From: Candidatus Omnitrophota bacterium
GTDB taxonomy: Bacteria; Ratteibacteria; UBA8468; MWAK01
Length of the DNA: 64,000 bases
NCBI GenBank assembly: GCA_043826355.1
Contig: JBDRQI010000011.1
Coordinates: 45,517-109,516, forward strand
Direction of reading: 5' to 3'
Every line of letters begins with the position of its first letter. Position 1 is the first letter of the stretch. The position numbers and the translations under genes are program-made. Below the pieces are notes generated by a model. That model did no database searches. It saw only the letters and a program-made list of their open reading frames with translations, and was not told the DNA's origin. This document shows, piece by piece, positions 1 through 9,381 of this stretch.

Positions 1-711
1 CGGCAGTCCCTGAACCAACAGCCCGGCGATGAGCCCGGCCAGTACGTCACCGCTTCCGGCAGTCGCCAGGCCCGGGTTTCCGGTAAAATTGAGATATAGA
101 GAACCATCCGGTGAGGCCACCACCGTCTGATACCCTTTTAGGACCGTAATGGTGTTGTATTTCCGGCTGAAACGCAAGGCGGTTTCCTTTCGCGATTTTT
201 GTATTTTTTCAATCTTCAGTCCGGTCAGTCCGGCCATTTCACCGGGGTGAGGCGTCATGATTACCGGCGCTTTTACTCCTCTTAAAATCTCCGGTTTTCC
301 TCTTAATGCGTTAAGCCCGTCAGCATCCATAACAATCGGTTTTTCCAATCCGTTAAGCAATTTGGCAATAAATCCGGGAATTGATTTTTTGTGTCCCAAA
401 CCCGGTCCAACCAGCAGGCCGTCGGTTTTGGGGATAAAGCCCTGAATCAGAGGTAAACTTTGCGGGGAGAGGACATTTTCCTTTTCCGGAAGGGGCAAAA
501 ACATTAATTCTATGAAGCGGCTGGCCAAAATGGGATAGAGACCGGCGCCAATCGCTAATGTAACCAGGCCGGCGCCGGAGCGCAGAGCCGAAGTTGCAGC
601 CAGTCCGGCGGCTCCGGTCATTCCCGGAGAACCGGCAACCACCAATAAATGTCCGAACTTACCTTTGTGGGCATCTCTTGGCCGCTTGCGCAGAATTTCA
701 ACCCCATCCAT
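1..711 (-). CDS. nnrD: ADP-dependent NAD(P)H-hydrate dehydratase (YjeF C-terminal domain), 3' end outside window
   Basis: Not in ORF track; manual translation from ATG 711 gives MDGVEILRKRPRDAHKGKFGHLLVVAGSPGMTGAAGLAATSALRSGAGLVTL, later TPHPGEMA and GNPGLATAGSGDVLAG. Confidence 0.9.
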   Translation of the reverse strand, partial: MDGVEILRKRPRDAHKGKFGHLLVVAGSPGMTGAAGLAATSALRSGAGLVTLAIGAGLYPILASRFIELMFLPLPEKENVLSPQSLPLIQGFIPKTDGLLVGPGLGHKKSIPGFIAKLLNGLEKPIVMDADGLNALRGKPEILRGVKAPVIMTPHPGEMAGLTGLKIEKIQKSRKETALRFSRKYNTITVLKGYQTVVASPDGSLYLNFTGNPGLATAGSGDVLAGLIAGLLVQGLP

Positions 712-714
712 GAT

Positions 715-1092
715 TTATAGTTTTTCTATCAAGCAAAAAGCGATGGCGTAGTCTCCGGAATGAGAGAGGGAAACGGATGCGCAGAAACCATTTTCTTTCA
801 GGGTTTTTCCGGCTGTTCCGGAAAAACGGAAATAGGGTTGGCCGCCCGGGCTGTTAAGTACTTCTATTTCCCGCCAGCGTATTCCCCCCCGGTTTTCCCG
901 CTGTAACGCTTTTAAAAACGATTCCTTGGCGGCAAACTTACCGCTGTAATGGACTGCCGGGGTACGCTTCTTTTCGCAAATTTGCTGTTCCGCTTCGGTA
1001 AAGATGTGGTCTTTAATCCGTCCGCCGAAACGCTTCAGCGTTCCGGACATGTGGACGATTGAAACGATGTCAACGCCGATTCCGGAAACCAT
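715..1092 (-). CDS. acpS: holo-[acyl-carrier-protein] synthase
   Basis: GIGVDIV, FAAKESFLKA and SLSHSGDYA motifs; 125 aa. Confidence 0.95.
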   Translation of the reverse strand: MVSGIGVDIVSIVHMSGTLKRFGGRIKDHIFTEAEQQICEKKRTPAVHYSGKFAAKESFLKALQRENRGGIRWREIEVLNSPGGQPYFRFSGTAGKTLKENGFCASVSLSHSGDYAIAFCLIEKL

Positions 1093-1121
1093 AGGGGCTG
1101 TTAAAGAATAAAATGAACCCC

Positions 1122-1373
1122 TTAAGCGGTTTGAATTGAAATCAACTTCCGGCCGCGTCTGTTTTCAAACGTAACCTTTCCGGCTGAAAGGGCAAAGATG
1201 GTGAAATCGGTGCCCATTTTGGTATGCGAGCCAGGTTTGAAATGGCTGCCCCGCTGGCGTACGATTATCTCGCCGGCCGAGACAACCTGTCCGCCGTAAC
1301 GTTTGACGCCCAGGCGCCTGCCGGCGCTGTCGCGTCCATTTTTAACTGACCCCCCGCCTTTTTTTGTCGCCAT
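1122..1373 (-). CDS. rpmA: 50S ribosomal protein L27
   Basis: [29 protein letters not shown]...IIVRQRG; AGGAG RBS. Confidence 0.98.
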   Translation of the reverse strand: MATKKGGGSVKNGRDSAGRRLGVKRYGGQVVSAGEIIVRQRGSHFKPGSHTKMGTDFTIFALSAGKVTFENRRGRKLISIQTA

Positions 1374-1411
1374 AGTACACTCCTTTTTTAAACAAGCAAT
1401 TATGTAGTATT

Positions 1412-1433
1412 GTAGCGGTGCGATTTATCGCAC
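1412..1433 (+). repeat. single GTAG-type REP-like palindrome
   Basis: GTAG followed by GTGCGAT-TT-ATCGCAC; resembles arms of the GTAG doublets elsewhere in the window. Confidence 0.5.
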
Positions 1434-1450
1434 GTATTGTAGTGTTCTGA

Positions 1451-1587
1451 AAGTGGGCGAGACAGGACTTGGCGCCGTTCGGCTTTCACTGCGCCTCAGG
1501 TCGGCCCCCCGCTGGTATTGCTCCTTAATCAGTCGCAATATACCTGACTTCGCTCCTTTCAAGTCCTGTCTTCAGGATGCTTAGAAG
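1451..1587 (-). mobile_element. tRNA-3'-associated structured element, copy 1 (after tRNA-Val)
   Basis: 21-bp direct repeat of the tRNA 3' end (1451-1471 = 1585-1605); antisense T-arm GACAGGACTTGAA; core shared with 33045-33127. Confidence 0.75.
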
Positions 1588-1660
1588 TGGGCGAGACAGG
1601 ACTTGAACCTGTGGCCTTTCGGATGTAAGCCGAATGCTCTGCCAGCTGAGCTACTCGCCC
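1588..1660 (-). tRNA. tRNA-Val(TAC)
   Basis: Cloverleaf with GGGCGAG/CTCGCCC acceptor, TTCGG-CT TAC AT-CCGAA anticodon arm, ACAGG-TTCAAGT-CCTGT T arm; no encoded CCA. Confidence 0.95.
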
Positions 1661-1676
1661 CTTAATATATTTTACC

Positions 1677-3029
1677 CTATTTTAACGAGGCGAGCAATTC
1701 GGTGAAGAAGGATTGGATTTCGTGAAGCCGCTTTTCCGTGTCTGCCTCAAAACGCAGTACCAGCGCCGGTTGGGTATTTGAAGCGCGTACCAGGCCCCAG
1801 CCGTCCTCAAAATAGACCTTCACGCCGTCTATGTCAGATATTTTATATTTGCTGGAAATTTTTTCTTTCAGCCGTTCCACCAGGACAAACTTTTTTTCGT
1901 CCGGCACTTCCATGCGAATTTCCGGGGTGGCGTGGTATTGTTTAAGCCGCCCCAGGAGGGAGGACAGGTTTTCTTTACGCCGGGACAAGTATTGCAGGAC
2001 GCGTCCGGACGCATAGATAGCGTCGTCAAATCCGTACCAGTGGTCGCCGAAATAGAGGTGACCGGAAAGTTCACCGGCTACTTTGGCGCCCACCTCATGC
2101 ATCTTGTCTTCAATCAGGGAATGGCCGGTCTTCCACATCAGCGGTTTTCCGCCCAGTCGGGTAATCTCCTCCTCCAGCGCCTTACTGCACTTAACGTCAA
2201 AGACAATGGTTGCGCCCGGATTTTCAGAGATAATTTCTTCGGAAAGAAGCGCCAGTATTTTGTCTCCCCAGACCAGGTTGCCCTGCTCGTCGCAGAGCCC
2301 GATTCGGTCTCCGTCTCCGTCGATGCCGATGCCTAATTCCGCGCCGCTCTCTTTAACCTTTGCCGCCAGGTCGGCCATGTTTTTCGGCACGACCGGATCG
2401 GCCAGATGGTGGGGGAAAGTATTATCGCTGTTGCAGTAAAGCGGGATTACTTCGGCCCCCAGTCCAATCAGCGCCGGAAGGGCGACCGGGCCCGCGGTTC
2501 CGTTTCCGCAGTCCAGGACCACTTTTAGCGACCGGTCTAACTGAAAGGCCTTTTTAATTGCCGCCAGATAATCAGGCACAACTTCTATTTGTGTAAATCC
2601 CCCGTTTCCGGACGGGAATTTTCCCGATTCCATTAATTCCCGGATTTCCTGGATTTGCAGGCCGAATATGCTCTGGCGGTTAACCAGCAGTTTAAAGCCG
2701 TTATAAGCAGGAGGATTGTGGCTGGCGGTCACCATAATTCCGGCTGGCAAGGAAAGTTTATGGCTGGCGAAATAGAACGTCGGCGTTGGAACCTCTCCGA
2801 GAAAGATAACGTCGGCTCCGCTTTGCCGCAGGCCTGCCATCAAACGCTCGCTGAAGAGGGGAGAGGTGGCGCGGTTATCGTGTCCGACCAGCACCTTTTT
2901 GGCGGCGCCTTTTTTTTCAAGGTAAACGACAAATGCCTGGCCCAGGCCAAAGGCAAAATCAGCGGTCAGCTCGGTATTTGCCAGGCCGCGCAAATCATAT
3001 TCCCGGAAAATTGTTTTAGGTATTTTCAT
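1677..3029 (-). CDS. phosphomannomutase/phosphoglucomutase
   Basis: IFREYDLRG, TASHNP, DGDGDR and GELSGH motifs. Confidence 0.95.
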   Translation of the reverse strand: MKIPKTIFREYDLRGLANTELTADFAFGLGQAFVVYLEKKGAAKKVLVGHDNRATSPLFSERLMAGLRQSGADVIFLGEVPTPTFYFASHKLSLPAGIMVTASHNPPAYNGFKLLVNRQSIFGLQIQEIRELMESGKFPSGNGGFTQIEVVPDYLAAIKKAFQLDRSLKVVLDCGNGTAGPVALPALIGLGAEVIPLYCNSDNTFPHHLADPVVPKNMADLAAKVKESGAELGIGIDGDGDRIGLCDEQGNLVWGDKILALLSEEIISENPGATIVFDVKCSKALEEEITRLGGKPLMWKTGHSLIEDKMHEVGAKVAGELSGHLYFGDHWYGFDDAIYASGRVLQYLSRRKENLSSLLGRLKQYHATPEIRMEVPDEKKFVLVERLKEKISSKYKISDIDGVKVYFEDGWGLVRASNTQPALVLRFEADTEKRLHEIQSFFTELLASLK

Positions 3030-3046
3030 TTTTTATTTAAAAAATT

Positions 3047-3210
3047 TGTCATTCCCGAATGTATTAATCGGGAATCTAAATCTTTTTGGTATAGATACCC
3101 GCTTATTCGCCTGGGCGTCGCCTGAGACTTCGGCGCACTCTGGCGAGGCGAAGCCTGGGCTCGTCTGGACGAAGTCTGGCCGACCTGACCGGCTATCCGC
3201 GGGTATGACA
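3047..3210. repeat. pair of ATTCCC-N-GGGAAT (dRS3-like) palindromes; the second carries a nested 86-bp element (3107-3192)
   Basis: TGTCATTCCCGA..TCGGGAATCTA and TAGATACCCGC..GCGGGTATGACA; nested part matches 9816-9871 in inverted orientation. Confidence 0.8.
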
Positions 3211-3241
3211 GATTTTTGTTAATGTTTCTATACTTAAAATT

Positions 3242-4384
3242 TCAGTACGCTGCCTGATAGATGCGCAGCAAATCCTCTTTGGTCACAGGTTTTGGCGTAT
3301 TGGCGACGGGAACCGCTACTGCCCACGCTTCTTCCACCATCTTTTCAAAATCACTCTTTTGAACCTTAAAATCTGCCAGCCGTTTTTGGAAACCGATTTT
3401 CTTCTCGAAAGCGAAAAGAAATTTTATCGCCTCTTCGGCCTCTTCTTTTGCGGAACGCCCTTGAGATACTCCAAAAGCAGAAGCCAGCCGGGCCAGTTTT
3501 TCCGCCGCAAAAGGAAGAATTTCTGCTGCTACGTAAGGCAGCAGGAGTCCGTTGGCGACACCGTGGCTGATGCCGTATCTGGCGCCCAGCGGATAGGAAA
3601 GAGAATGACCGACGATTACGCCGGCGTTGGCCAGGCTGATTCCCCCCAGCAGACTGCCCAGCATGGTTTTGGTCCGCGCTTCAAGGTTTTGGCCGTCGGA
3701 CACCGCCGTCGGGAGTCCGTCAACCAAGAGTGCTGCCGCCTGCAGGGAAAGCGGCTCAGTCAGCGGATTGCTGTTTTTAGACAGGAATGATTCGATTGCG
3801 TGGGTCAGCGCGTCAAGTCCGGTGGCGCGCGTCGGTTCCGCCGGCAGGCCCAGGAGTAAGACCGGGTCAAGAATGGCTGCTGCCGGAATGATATACGGAC
3901 TGTTAATTCCGCCCTTGCGTCCCTGGTGAACCAGGACCGCAGTTTGGGTCAATTCGCTTCCGGTGCCGGCGGTGGTCGGTATCATAATTCCGGGTATTGC
4001 TTTACGGGTCAAAAGGTTTTGGCCCCGGTATTTTTCCGAACTGCCCGGATTGGTTATCAGCCCGGCAACCGCTTTGGCGGTATCCATGGCACTTCCGCCT
4101 CCAATACCGATGACCAGGCCCGGTTTTTCTTTCCGGGCGAAATCCGCCATTGCATCAACCGTTTGAACCGTTGGCTCTCCGGGTGTAATTTCACAGGGAA
4201 TTGTTTTCCAACCCGCCAGCAGTCTTTCCACGCGGGGCCAGATTTGCGGTTTTACTGCCGGGTCCATCACTATCAGAACGTTCCCCCCGGTCAGAAAGAA
4301 ACTGACTTCTTCCGGCAGGAGGTCAAACTTTCCCGTTCCGAAGATTACTTTCGGCGGTATCCGAAAAACAAAATCATTCTTCAT
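3242..4384 (-). CDS. iron-containing alcohol dehydrogenase
   Basis: GGGSAMD, PTTAGTGSE, DALTHAIE, HGVAN motifs. Confidence 0.95.
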   Translation of the reverse strand: MKNDFVFRIPPKVIFGTGKFDLLPEEVSFFLTGGNVLIVMDPAVKPQIWPRVERLLAGWKTIPCEITPGEPTVQTVDAMADFARKEKPGLVIGIGGGSAMDTAKAVAGLITNPGSSEKYRGQNLLTRKAIPGIMIPTTAGTGSELTQTAVLVHQGRKGGINSPYIIPAAAILDPVLLLGLPAEPTRATGLDALTHAIESFLSKNSNPLTEPLSLQAAALLVDGLPTAVSDGQNLEARTKTMLGSLLGGISLANAGVIVGHSLSYPLGARYGISHGVANGLLLPYVAAEILPFAAEKLARLASAFGVSQGRSAKEEAEEAIKFLFAFEKKIGFQKRLADFKVQKSDFEKMVEEAWAVAVPVANTPKPVTKEDLLRIYQAAY

Positions 4385-4445
4385 CTTCAGGACTCCTTAT
4401 GCCGGCTATTTTACCATATTTCACAAATCCGTTGTATAAAATGCA

Positions 4446-5225
4446 TTAAATGCTTGTATTCAGCAGGGAGGCAAGGGCAACCGCCGGATTTTCCTGGCGC
4501 AAAAGGGATTCTCCGACCAGGAAGGCCGATGCTCCCCGCCGGGAAAGTTCCCGTATTTCTGTTTTGGTTTTCAGCCCGCTTTCCACTATTTTTATTTTTT
4601 CTTTTGGTATTAGGGGCAGAATACGGCGGCTGACATTAAGGTCGGTTTGGAGGGTAGCCAGATTCCGGTTATTGATTCCGATAATCTCTGCGCCGATAGA
4701 AAGGGCGTCCGCCAGCTCCGTTTCGCTGTGAATTTCTACCAGCGCTGAAAGTTTCAGGGACAGCGCCAGAGAGAAGAGTTCCTGCAGGGTCTGGCGGTTG
4801 TGGAGCGCAACAATCAATAGAACGGCGTCGGCTCCGTTGGCGCGGGCTTCGTAAATCTGATAGGGAAGCAGGATGAAATCTTTCTGGAGAATGGGTATAT
4901 TTATTGATTTCCGGACAACGGCCAAGTCGGCAAGACTTCCCCGGAAGTGGTCTTTTTCGGTTAGGACCGAGATAGCGGTTGCCCCGGCTTCCTGGTAGCT
5001 TTGGGCGAGAGCGCCCGGAGAAAGTTCCGGTCGCAAAAGACCGGCTGAAGGCGAGGCGCGCTTGATTTCAGCAATGATGCGCAGTCTTTTTTTAGCGGAG
5101 AGGGCTGCGGTAAAGTTGCGCGGTTCGGGCAGACCGGCAATTTCATTTTCCAGGATGACCAGGGGCTTCTTTCGGGCTCTTTCCCTGGCGCCGGTCCTGA
5201 CCCCGGCAATAATGGAACTAAGCAT
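4446..5225 (-). CDS. trpC: indole-3-glycerol phosphate synthase
   Basis: IAEIKRASPSAG, ISVLTE, KDF, GINNRNL, ESG motifs. Confidence 0.97.
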   Translation of the reverse strand: MLSSIIAGVRTGARERARKKPLVILENEIAGLPEPRNFTAALSAKKRLRIIAEIKRASPSAGLLRPELSPGALAQSYQEAGATAISVLTEKDHFRGSLADLAVVRKSINIPILQKDFILLPYQIYEARANGADAVLLIVALHNRQTLQELFSLALSLKLSALVEIHSETELADALSIGAEIIGINNRNLATLQTDLNVSRRILPLIPKEKIKIVESGLKTKTEIRELSRRGASAFLVGESLLRQENPAVALASLLNTSI

Positions 5226-6256
5226 TAGATATTAACTATCGCTTTGATGACGCCTTCCCGATAATCGGCCACCAATTGCATTCCTTCGGCTACCCTTTCC
5301 AACGGAAAATTATGGGTAACCATATCTCTGGCGTTAATCTTGCCGGCGGCCATAAGCCGGATAACTTTTTCCGCGGCAAAAGCAGAACGCCGTACATTCA
5401 GGAGCGCCAGTTCTTTTCGTCTGGCTCCAAAACTGGGGAATTGCCAGCAATCTTCCGCTGGAATGCCTACCATTCCAACTTTTCCGGCCAGCGAAGCGGA
5501 ATCGATTGCCTGGACAAGGGTCTCTTTTTGACCGGCCGCTTCAAAAGCAGAATGAACACCTCCGCCTTTAGTCAGGGCCAGGATTTCTTTTACCGGTTTT
5601 GTCTTTTCAGGGTCAAAGAGATAATCGGCTCCGATCTGTTTTGCGTAAGCGCGCCTTTCCGGTATCAGGTCAGTGGCGAAGATTGAAGCGGCGCCGGCCA
5701 GTTTAGCAAAGAAAATGATGGCCAGGCCGATCGGTCCGCATCCGAAAACCGCGACTGAATCTCCGGGGGAAACCCGGATGAGATTAACCGCATAAAGTCC
5801 GATTGCCAGGGGTTCGGAAAGCACGCCTTCTTCCAGGCTGACATTATCAGGAAGGGGGATGAAATTGGCCGCGGGCAACACCAGGAATTCCCGGAAAGCG
5901 CCGGATGTTGGCGGGGTGCCCAGAAACTGAACTTTGGTGCAGAGGTTCGGTTTGCCGGTCAGGCAAACCTCGCATTTTCCGCAGGAAATTCCCGGTTCAA
6001 TCGCCACATTCTGCCCTACCGTGAAACCGGCTACGTTGGGACCTGTTTCAATAACTTCTCCGGCCGCCTCGTGACCGAGGACAAAAGGACCGGAAACGAT
6101 CTGCTCGCCAATGCGTCCTTCCTTGAAATAATGGACATCAGAACCGCAGATTCCAACCTTCTTTACCCGTACCAGCAATTCGCCGTTTCGGACAATCGGC
6201 TGCGGCGCGTCTTGAATTTTAATCTGTTTTTTCCCGATTAGAAACGCTGCTTTCAT
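5225..6256 (-). CDS. zinc-dependent sugar-alcohol dehydrogenase (sorbitol dehydrogenase-like MDR)
   Basis: GICGSDVH, GHE, CGKCEVCLTGKPNLC, GCGPIG motifs. Confidence 0.9.
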   Translation of the reverse strand: MKAAFLIGKKQIKIQDAPQPIVRNGELLVRVKKVGICGSDVHYFKEGRIGEQIVSGPFVLGHEAAGEVIETGPNVAGFTVGQNVAIEPGISCGKCEVCLTGKPNLCTKVQFLGTPPTSGAFREFLVLPAANFIPLPDNVSLEEGVLSEPLAIGLYAVNLIRVSPGDSVAVFGCGPIGLAIIFFAKLAGAASIFATDLIPERRAYAKQIGADYLFDPEKTKPVKEILALTKGGGVHSAFEAAGQKETLVQAIDSASLAGKVGMVGIPAEDCWQFPSFGARRKELALLNVRRSAFAAEKVIRLMAAGKINARDMVTHNFPLERVAEGMQLVADYREGVIKAIVNI

Positions 6257-6271
6257 GGGAATCTTTTAGAC

Positions 6272-6357
6272 GTAGGGGTCGGATTTATCCGACCCGCGGG
6301 CCCCGAACAGGCGGTTTTTGCCTTCTACGGGGCGGGCGCGATAAATCGCGCCCCTAC
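6272..6357. repeat. GTAG-type REP doublet (REPIN-like)
   Basis: GTAGGGGTCGGATTTATCCGACC..GGCGCGATAAATCGCGCCCCTAC; spacer shared with 13882 and 40300; supplies the dut stop codon. Confidence 0.85.
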
Positions 6358-6788
6358 ACTTTTCCGGAAGAGCCGAATCCGGAGTCGTTCCGTTCTGTTT
6401 CAGGAAGGGTTGATACCGTGGTTAAATCGGCTTGAAGGCAGGGCAGCAGAACCAGTTGCGCAATCCGGTCGCCGATATTGACCTGATACTCTTTTTCACC
6501 TAAATTTATCAGGACAACCATTATTTCGCCTCGGTAATTGCTGTCGATTACGCCGGCCAGGGTATGAAGACCGAATTTCAGAGCCAGCCCGCTGCGGTCT
6601 TTGATGAGGCCGACCACTCCGTCCGGAATGGCAAAATGCAAACCGGTTTTCACCGGGTAGCGCTGGCCCGGCGCCAGGGTTATTGATTCACTGGCGCGCA
6701 GGTCAAGGCCGGCATCTCCGGGCCGGTGGTAACCCGGAGTCTGAATTTCAGGGTTTTTCTTACTTATTTGGACCGGAACGGTGGCCAC
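6354..6788 (-). CDS. dut: dUTP diphosphatase
   Basis: AGLDL, RSGLA, GVIDSNYRGEI, RIAQL, GFGSSG motifs. Confidence 0.96.
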   Translation of the reverse strand: MATVPVQISKKNPEIQTPGYHRPGDAGLDLRASESITLAPGQRYPVKTGLHFAIPDGVVGLIKDRSGLALKFGLHTLAGVIDSNYRGEIMVVLINLGEKEYQVNIGDRIAQLVLLPCLQADLTTVSTLPETERNDSGFGSSGKV

Positions 6789-8949
6789 GGTGTGTCAGTC
6801 TTGGTTGTGGGCGGCCGGAACCAGGCCTCCCGGAACGATCGCCGCGGTTGACGGATGGCGGTCTACTGCCTTCTTCTCCGGGCGGTGGCGGCGGCAGCAG
6901 GGCTTTCCGGCTCAGGTTTACCCGGTGCTGTTCGTCCACGCCGACAATCTTAACGTTAATTATGTCTCCGATATTGACCACGTCTTCCACCCGTCCGACG
7001 TAACGATGGTCAAGCTCGGAAACGTGAACCAGTCCTTCCTGACGGGGCAGGTACTCGACCATGGCGCCAAAAGGCAGGATGCGAGTTACTTTTACATTGG
7101 AATAAACCTGCCCGATTGTCGGTTCCTCAGTCATTCCCTTGATTATGGCGGTGGCTTTTGCCCGGGACGCTTCATCCCTGGAGATGATTTGAACGCCGCC
7201 GTCGTCATTAATCTCAACGTCGGCGCCGGTCTCCTCAATTATCTTACGGATATTCTTGCCGCCCGGCCCGATAACCGCTCCGATCTTTTCCACCGGAATC
7301 TTGATGAGTGAAATCTTAGGTGCGTGTTCGGAGAGCGTGGGTCTGGGGGCTGGAAGCGTCTGGTTCATCACCTCCAGAATTTTGGTTCGGCCTTCCCGGC
7401 TCTGCAGAAAAGCCTGGCGCAGAATTTCCAGAGACAACTGAGTTGTTTTAACATCCATCTGGAGAGCGGTAATGCCTTCCGTGGTTCCGGCAATCTTCAG
7501 GTCAAGGTCGCCGTAATGGTCTTCCTCGCCGGCGATATCGGTCAGGATTGTAAAATCGTCGCCCTCCTTGATTAAGCCTAAAGCTACTCCGCCGATGGTG
7601 TTTTTCATCGGAACGCCTGCGTCCATCAAGCCCAGCGAACTGGCGCAGACAGTGGCCATGGAAGAAGAACCGTTTGACTCCAGTATGTCGGAAACTATCC
7701 GGATGGTGTAGGGAAAGTCGTCTCCGGACGGCAAGCTGTTAATCAGCGATTTTTCCGCCAGCAATCCGTGCCCGATTTCTCTCCGGCCCGGACCGCGCAT
7801 CGGCCGGCATTCTCCGACACTGAAAGACGGGAAATTATAGTGGAGGAGAAAACGTTTCTTGCTCTCTTCAAGAAGGCCTTCAATCCGCTGTTCGTCACCC
7901 CAGGTTCCCAGTGTTATCAAAACAAGCGACTGGGTTTCTCCGCGGTGAAAAAGAGCGGAACCGTGGACTCGGGGAAGAAGACCCACAGCGCAGGTGATTT
8001 TTCGGACTTCGTTGGGTTTGCGTCCGTCCAGCCGGATTTTAGTTTGGTTGATCTGGTTGCGCACCCGGGCGCGAAGTTCTTTTTCAAAAACCCCTTTAAT
8101 CTCTTTCTTGAGATTATCATCGGCTTCCGGAAAACCGGCCAATATTTCCTGGTGTATCTCGTCGAAAAAGACGTTGCGCTCTTTTTTCCCGGGATAGTTG
8201 CTGACCTGGCTGAACTTAGCGTCAAAGACCGCTTTAACCGCTGCGTCGCAAGTGGTTTGTTCTGGTTCCGGAAAGGCTACCTTTGGACCGGAGAAGTTTT
8301 CTTTAATAAAAGCGGCCAGTTTCTGGGCTTCGCTGAATCCCAGGGCAATTCCTTCCATAACTTTTTCTTCCGGTACGTTCTTGCCTATTCCTTCTAACAT
8401 AAGCAACGATTCCGTTCCGGCAGAGATAACCAGCGTCAGTTCGCTGGCCGCGGTCTGGGTGATGGTTGGATTAACAATAAAAATGCCTTCCACCAAACTC
8501 ACCCGAACTGCAGCTACCGGTCCCTGAGCCGGAAAAGGAGAGAGAGCGACGGTGGCGGAAGCGCCCAAGATCGCCAACATATCCGGGTCTACCTCCGGGT
8601 CAAACGAGTAGACGAAAGAAACAACCTGAATTTCGCGGTTGAATGTTTTCGGAAAAAGCGGCCGAACTGACCGGTCAATCAGCCGGCATGTCACCGTCTC
8701 TTTTTCGCTGTTTCGTCCTTCCCGTTTAAAAAAGCCGCCGGGGATTTTTCCGGAAGACGAGATGTGTTCCCGGTATTCCACGGTCAGCGGCAGGAAATCC
8801 CGCTGCATAGCCAGTTCGTTTCCGAAAACGGCTGAAGTAAGCACCATGGTGTCACCGGAGCGGACCATCACCGAAGCGGTGGCCTGCTGGGCGAAAGTGG
8901 TGGTATCAAAACTAATAGTACGACCTCCCAATTCAATCTCTTTTTTCAT
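6760..8949 (-). CDS. pnp: polyribonucleotide nucleotidyltransferase
   Basis: IPGGFFKREG, RREIGHG, ESNGSSSMA; KH and S1 domains. Confidence 0.98.
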   Translation of the reverse strand: MKKEIELGGRTISFDTTTFAQQATASVMVRSGDTMVLTSAVFGNELAMQRDFLPLTVEYREHISSSGKIPGGFFKREGRNSEKETVTCRLIDRSVRPLFPKTFNREIQVVSFVYSFDPEVDPDMLAILGASATVALSPFPAQGPVAAVRVSLVEGIFIVNPTITQTAASELTLVISAGTESLLMLEGIGKNVPEEKVMEGIALGFSEAQKLAAFIKENFSGPKVAFPEPEQTTCDAAVKAVFDAKFSQVSNYPGKKERNVFFDEIHQEILAGFPEADDNLKKEIKGVFEKELRARVRNQINQTKIRLDGRKPNEVRKITCAVGLLPRVHGSALFHRGETQSLVLITLGTWGDEQRIEGLLEESKKRFLLHYNFPSFSVGECRPMRGPGRREIGHGLLAEKSLINSLPSGDDFPYTIRIVSDILESNGSSSMATVCASSLGLMDAGVPMKNTIGGVALGLIKEGDDFTILTDIAGEEDHYGDLDLKIAGTTEGITALQMDVKTTQLSLEILRQAFLQSREGRTKILEVMNQTLPAPRPTLSEHAPKISLIKIPVEKIGAVIGPGGKNIRKIIEETGADVEINDDGGVQIISRDEASRAKATAIIKGMTEEPTIGQVYSNVKVTRILPFGAMVEYLPRQEGLVHVSELDHRYVGRVEDVVNIGDIINVKIVGVDEQHRVNLSRKALLPPPPPGEEGSRPPSVNRGDRSGRPGSGRPQPRLTHRGHRSGPNK

Positions 8950-9055
8950 TTTTTTCCTTAATATTTAGGGGTAATATAAATTATAACCCCAGGTGTCCTC
9001 AAAGGCACAAGAATGCATTTTGTACCGATGGGGTGTTCAAATTATTCTAAATTTA

Positions 9056-9322
9056 TTATTTTCGCAGGCCGAGTTTGGAGATGACCAATCCGTATTTGGA
9101 AGGTTCTTCTTTTTTCAGGTAATCCAGCAGGCGCCGGCGGTGACCGATCATAATGAGCAGTCCACGGCGGGAATTGCGGTCTTTCAGGTGAGACTGGAAG
9201 TGTTCCTCTAAACGGTTAATTCGGGCCGTCAGCAGGGAGATCTGAACTTCCGGGCTGCCGGTATCGACCGGGGTCCGGCGGAAAACCTGTATCGCTTCTG
9301 CTTTTTTTTCGGAGGTTAACAT
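9056..9322 (-). CDS. rpsO: 30S ribosomal protein S15 (start moved to ATG 9322)
   Basis: [32 protein letters not shown]; conserved position upstream of pnp. Confidence 0.97.
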   Translation of the reverse strand: MLTSEKKAEAIQVFRRTPVDTGSPEVQISLLTARINRLEEHFQSHLKDRNSRRGLLIMIGHRRRLLDYLKKEEPSKYGLVISKLGLRK

Positions 9323-9331
9323 TTGACGGAT

Positions 9332-9361
9332 ATTATAATCTATCTTCCTTTTCGCTGTCAA
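9332..9361 (-). promoter_or_regulatory. sigma70-type promoter for rpsO
   Basis: TTGACA-N18-TATAAT, 9 nt upstream of the ATG. Confidence 0.6.
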
Positions 9362-9381
9362 ATATTGTATAATACAGGCAA

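Noticed and set aside
1451..1605. Prophage or genomic island attL/attR at tRNA-Val (and tRNA-Met)
   Set aside because: The duplications are only 125-134 bp apart, with no integrase or cargo; reported as a mini-element instead.
8967..8989. Hairpin GGGGTAATA..TATAACCCC between rpsO and pnp
   Set aside because: It is a weak single hairpin; I cannot tell a terminator or processing site from chance.
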